NCBI GenBank assembly: GCA_036172245.1
Contig: JAYWIR010000005.1
Location: 6,138,001-6,202,000, forward strand
Reading direction: 5' to 3'
DNA: 64,000 nt
Source: Raillietiella orientalis
Taxonomy: Eukaryota
Positions 60,701 through 64,000 of the stretch are shown piece after piece. A model generated the notes under the pieces. It saw only the letters and a program-made list of their open reading frames with translations. It was not told the origin of the DNA and made no database searches. Within the stretch, counting starts at the first letter, position 1. Each line of letters opens with the position of its first letter. The translations under genes were made by a program, and so were the position numbers.

Positions 60701-61935
60701 TTCCTCCGACCTCATTCTGCTTCACCGCGGCATAACTCTTGGCAGCAGCAGAAATCTCCCTGACCCTGGGACAGAGCATCGCGATCGGAGGTACTGCTTC
60801 GTCTTGTGCATGTTGGCCGAGGAATTAGAATTCGCTCGATGTCGTTCTTGAAATGCGAAGTGGCCTGCTGCTCCTGAGGAACTCTCGGAGTCACTTGTAG
60901 CTCGCGCATTCGCCCAGAGATGGTGTCAGATTCCCCCGGAATGCGGGAGTCGGTTGCCCGCATCGCACGCCCTTGCTTAGAAACCTCCGGACTGCTGCAG
61001 ATCAGAGCGGTGCCTCTTCGAGGAGATCATTGGCCATCGGTCCTGTTAGCGCGCAACCCGTCCTCTTGTAGAGTTTGCGCTGTGTGATTCGGCTTCCGGT
61101 GAGGTCACGAGTGGGCTCATTGGACACCCCCGATGACCCTTTCTGTTGGATCTGCGACAGGCCATTCAGCTTCCACTTTTGCTTCGCGGCACGCTGGATT
61201 CAGGCGCGCCTTCATCGAGCCCTTTGCCTGAAAACACTTCCTACACTACCCACTGGGTGTCTTCATTCTGGTCAGATACGCGACCGCCTTTCTGGCGTCG
61301 GTCTGCTGCTCCTTTCAGGCTCTTATTCGCTGCATCTAGGCGCTCTTGGACCATGCTCCGCGCTATTCGCGACGACAAAGGAAAATCCTTTGGAAGGATC
61401 CTGGCATCCAGGATGGAGTAAGACTTGTCTCATTTGCGATTTCTTCAGAGAGCGCCCCTTCCATCGCCAAAACCACCCTTCCCTCTGGAGGCCGCCACCT
61501 CGTCCGGGCACTTCTGATATTCCTGGGAAAGATTCCGAAGGGCCCGCGTTGTCAACTGCCCGCTAGTCGGCGGGGCATGACTCCGCCGCCGCCGCGAGCG
61601 CCTCCCGCCGAGTCGTGCACAAAGCCCGAGCCTCCCTTAGCGTTATCTCGCGGCGGGACGCGTGACCCGAACGCGCGGCCTCCAGACGTGGTCTCTGAAT
61701 TGACGCGTCGTGCCATCTCAAGCCCTTCCGTTGGCCAGCCAGATGCGGACGAGCAGAGCAGGCAGAGAAGGTCGAGGCGAAGTGGATCGAATGGCCAACC
61801 AGTGTATGCTTCCGAGTACTCGAGAGCTCGGAACGAGATGGACTTTTCTTATTCTCAACCCGTCCTTCTTTTCTTTTTTATTTCTTTAAGGCGCTGTGGT
61901 TTCGCGCTTTCGAGCGACAACGCTCCAGGCGGTCT

Positions 61936-62229
61936 TCAGAGGGGGAGGTTCAGTTCGCGCACCCGGTTGGTCTGGTTGCCGCAGTTGTGCTTCAGTAGCG
62001 TCATCTTCCACGAAAAGCTCGGCCTCTGCAAGTAGACGAGGCAGGACCTCTCCTCCTCGTTGGCGCACCGGAAGTTGGCCCTCAGCGAGTAAGTGGGCTC
62101 GAAGGAGTTCAGCCTTTTGACTTCGTTTATTTTCTGGATGACGCACGACCTTGAGTTGTCGTCGAAGAGGTTCTGCATGAACTGCAGGAACTCCATGAAG
62201 AAGGACACCAGGGACTGGATCGCGTCGAT
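61936..62229 (-). CDS. Terminal exon of a small secreted protein with a cystatin-like layout
   Basis: Branch-point CTAAC at 62252-62248, acceptor cacttccAG, phase 0; 294 bp ending in TGA; strong C/G-ending codon bias. Translates IDAIQSLVSFFMEFLQFMQNLFDDNSRSCVIQKINEVKRLNSFEPTYSLRANFRCANEEERSCLVYLQRPSFSWKMTLLKHNCGNQTNRVRELNLPL (amphipathic helix, then beta-strand-like segments, 4 Cys). Confidence 0.75.
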   Translation of the reverse strand: MDAIQSLVSFFMEFLQFMQNLFDDNSRSCVIQKINEVKRLNSFEPTYSLRANFRCANEEERSCLVYLQRPSFSWKMTLLKHNCGNQTNRVRELNLPL

Positions 62230-63561
62230 CTGGAAGTGGCGCTCTTCGTTAGTTGAGGGCGAGGGCCCCCTTCCCACCACACCCACCCCCTCCGGCGCCC
62301 AGGTGGCTCTCGGAGCGCGGCTGGATGGGTCACCATCTCCGAGAAGGGGGGTAGAAGCGGCGGAAGCACCCGGGACCCGGAAGGAAGAGAGCGATCGAGG
62401 AGGAGCCTGCCAAGCTGGACCACCCTTCCTCTTCCCCACGAGGAGCGACCGGGGCGAATCGCGGGATTCATGGAATGCAATGGGGAGAATTCCGCAGGAT
62501 CGCACTAAAGATGGACAGCGCGAGGGCCACTCTTCCGCTGTCCAAGTGGCCACTTCCGGTGCGGGAGCGTTTCCAGCAGGGGGAGTCCGGGAGAGCAGAG
62601 CACCATCTCTGTCATCCATCGAACTAACGAATGAGCGGACCGTTCCTCCCTGGGATGAGGAGCGTCTTGGGTAGGGAGCGCATTCCGCAGCATTCCCTTG
62701 TGACGTCTACACTTGCGCGAGTAATCAGGCGCCCCGCCGCTGCAGAGCGTGCCCGGCATCCCCGGATTTTTCGCCGCATGCCGCGGCGTGGCGCAGCTGA
62801 CGCGCGGCGGAGAGGATTCTCGCCGAGAGTGGCGCCCAGGGGGTAGTGAAGGGGAGGGGGAAACCCGTGAAGAGGTTTTGGGGTGTTCTGAGGAAGGGGG
62901 GGAAGGGGCAGACGCGATGGTTCGGGAGGGTTGCTCTGAGACCTCGGGCCGCCGTGGGACTTCGCGTGCCGGGAGTGGGGACGATCGCGAGGCAGAGGAG
63001 CAGACTGCATGGAGCAAACGAGCGTTGCCCCGCCTTCCCTCCCTGCCCGGCAGCTCCTGGCAAGAATGCGCCGCGCGGGACCGAGTCCTGGCTACCTTGA
63101 TTCAAAACGGACCGCAGAGGGAGCAATAGAGACGAGCAGGAGCGTTGGGGAGGGGCTGGGAAGCTCCGCCTCTGGACGTGCAATCCGTGGCCGTCGGCGG
63201 CCGAAAATCTGCAGGGAGTCGAGCGGAGGACGGAGGCAGGTCGAAGAGAAGGCCGGAACTCGGAGACGAACCTGTGCAGCTTCTCCAGACCGGGAGACCT
63301 CCCCCGGAAGCGGCCTCTGGGAGCTTCCGCTGCCCGCGGGAGCCGTCCACGGAGCCGCGGAGGTCCTCTCGGAGAACGCGGAAGGGAAGGAAGGTGGAGG
63401 AGCAGCGAGTCAAGCCGAACGCGGAAGCCGATTCGGGTTCTCCTTTTTTTTTTCATCCGGCCCTTGGGAGCGCCTGAGGTCGCGTCTTCTTCCTCTTCCC
63501 TAGCGCGGAAGCCCAGAGTCGCTGCAGCGTTTCGAGTACTACGCGGGGGGGGGGCACTCAC

Positions 63562-63636
63562 CGGATCTCCGCGGAGTTGCTTCCCCCCCATCAAGACCAA
63601 GAGGATCACGGCGCAGGTAGACGACATCTTCCTCAT
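63562..63636 (-). CDS. Probable first coding exon (signal peptide) of the cystatin-like secreted protein
   Basis: MRKMSSTCAVILLVLMGGKQLRGDP followed by a consensus donor CCG|GTGAGT; phase 0 matches the exon starting at 62229. Confidence 0.6.
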
Positions 63637-64000
63637 CTCTTAGAGCGCAGCTTCCGTTCCTGGGTTCCAGTTCGCCTCCTTCCGAGCGGATGAGGGACGG
63701 GCCGGAGAGATCCGTGGTCTCGAGGAAGCGACTCGGCCTTCGATTGCTCCTCCGCCACAGCCCGCGCCTTCTCATAAAGCGTCCGGGGATCGGGAGATCA
63801 ATTGGGCAAGCTGTTTTCCATCCTCCTGGTCCCTGGAAACCGTCCTTGGGATGGATGCTGTCCTTATTGCCTTAGAGATTACTCCTCAGCTTCGTTTATC
63901 TTCGTCCCGAGAACTTTATCGTCCAAAAAAAAAAAAAAAAATCTTACCGAGTCGTCGATTTCTTCTTCGAAGCGACAGCGGCTCCTCTGAGTGGGGTTTT

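Noticed and set aside
1..64000. CRISPR array, prokaryotic operon or defence system, rRNA or tRNA genes
   Set aside because: No regularly spaced repeat-spacer units, no dense intronless coding and no recognisable structural RNA; spliceosomal introns and microsatellites show the DNA is eukaryotic.

Overview
This window is eukaryotic, most likely arthropod, genomic DNA with spliceosomal GT-AG introns. I see no operons, CRISPR arrays, rRNA or tRNA, and nearly all long ORFs in the six-frame track look like GC-rich noise. Three spliced genes could be assembled by hand. (1) The 5' coding part of a rolling pebbles/TANC-family gene lies on the minus strand (1-4498, running off the left edge): a C3HC4 RING exon plus a chain of phase-compatible micro-exons. 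(2) A complete 3-exon, 129-aa coiled-coil gene on the plus strand (38379-38864) resembles augmin subunit Msd1/HAUS2 and sits in an AT-rich, strongly CpG-depleted island. (3) A 2-exon, ~122-aa secreted protein gene on the minus strand (61936-63636) has a cystatin-like layout but lacks the inhibitory motifs. Between them lie a ~7 kb decayed tandem PAN/Apple-domain gene relic (about 28.9-36.1 kb), fragments of old LINE and possible Academ-type transposons, a putative MITE, a 29-bp direct repeat, and many short near-perfect inverted repeats. All protein-family calls come from remembered motif patterns, not database searches.
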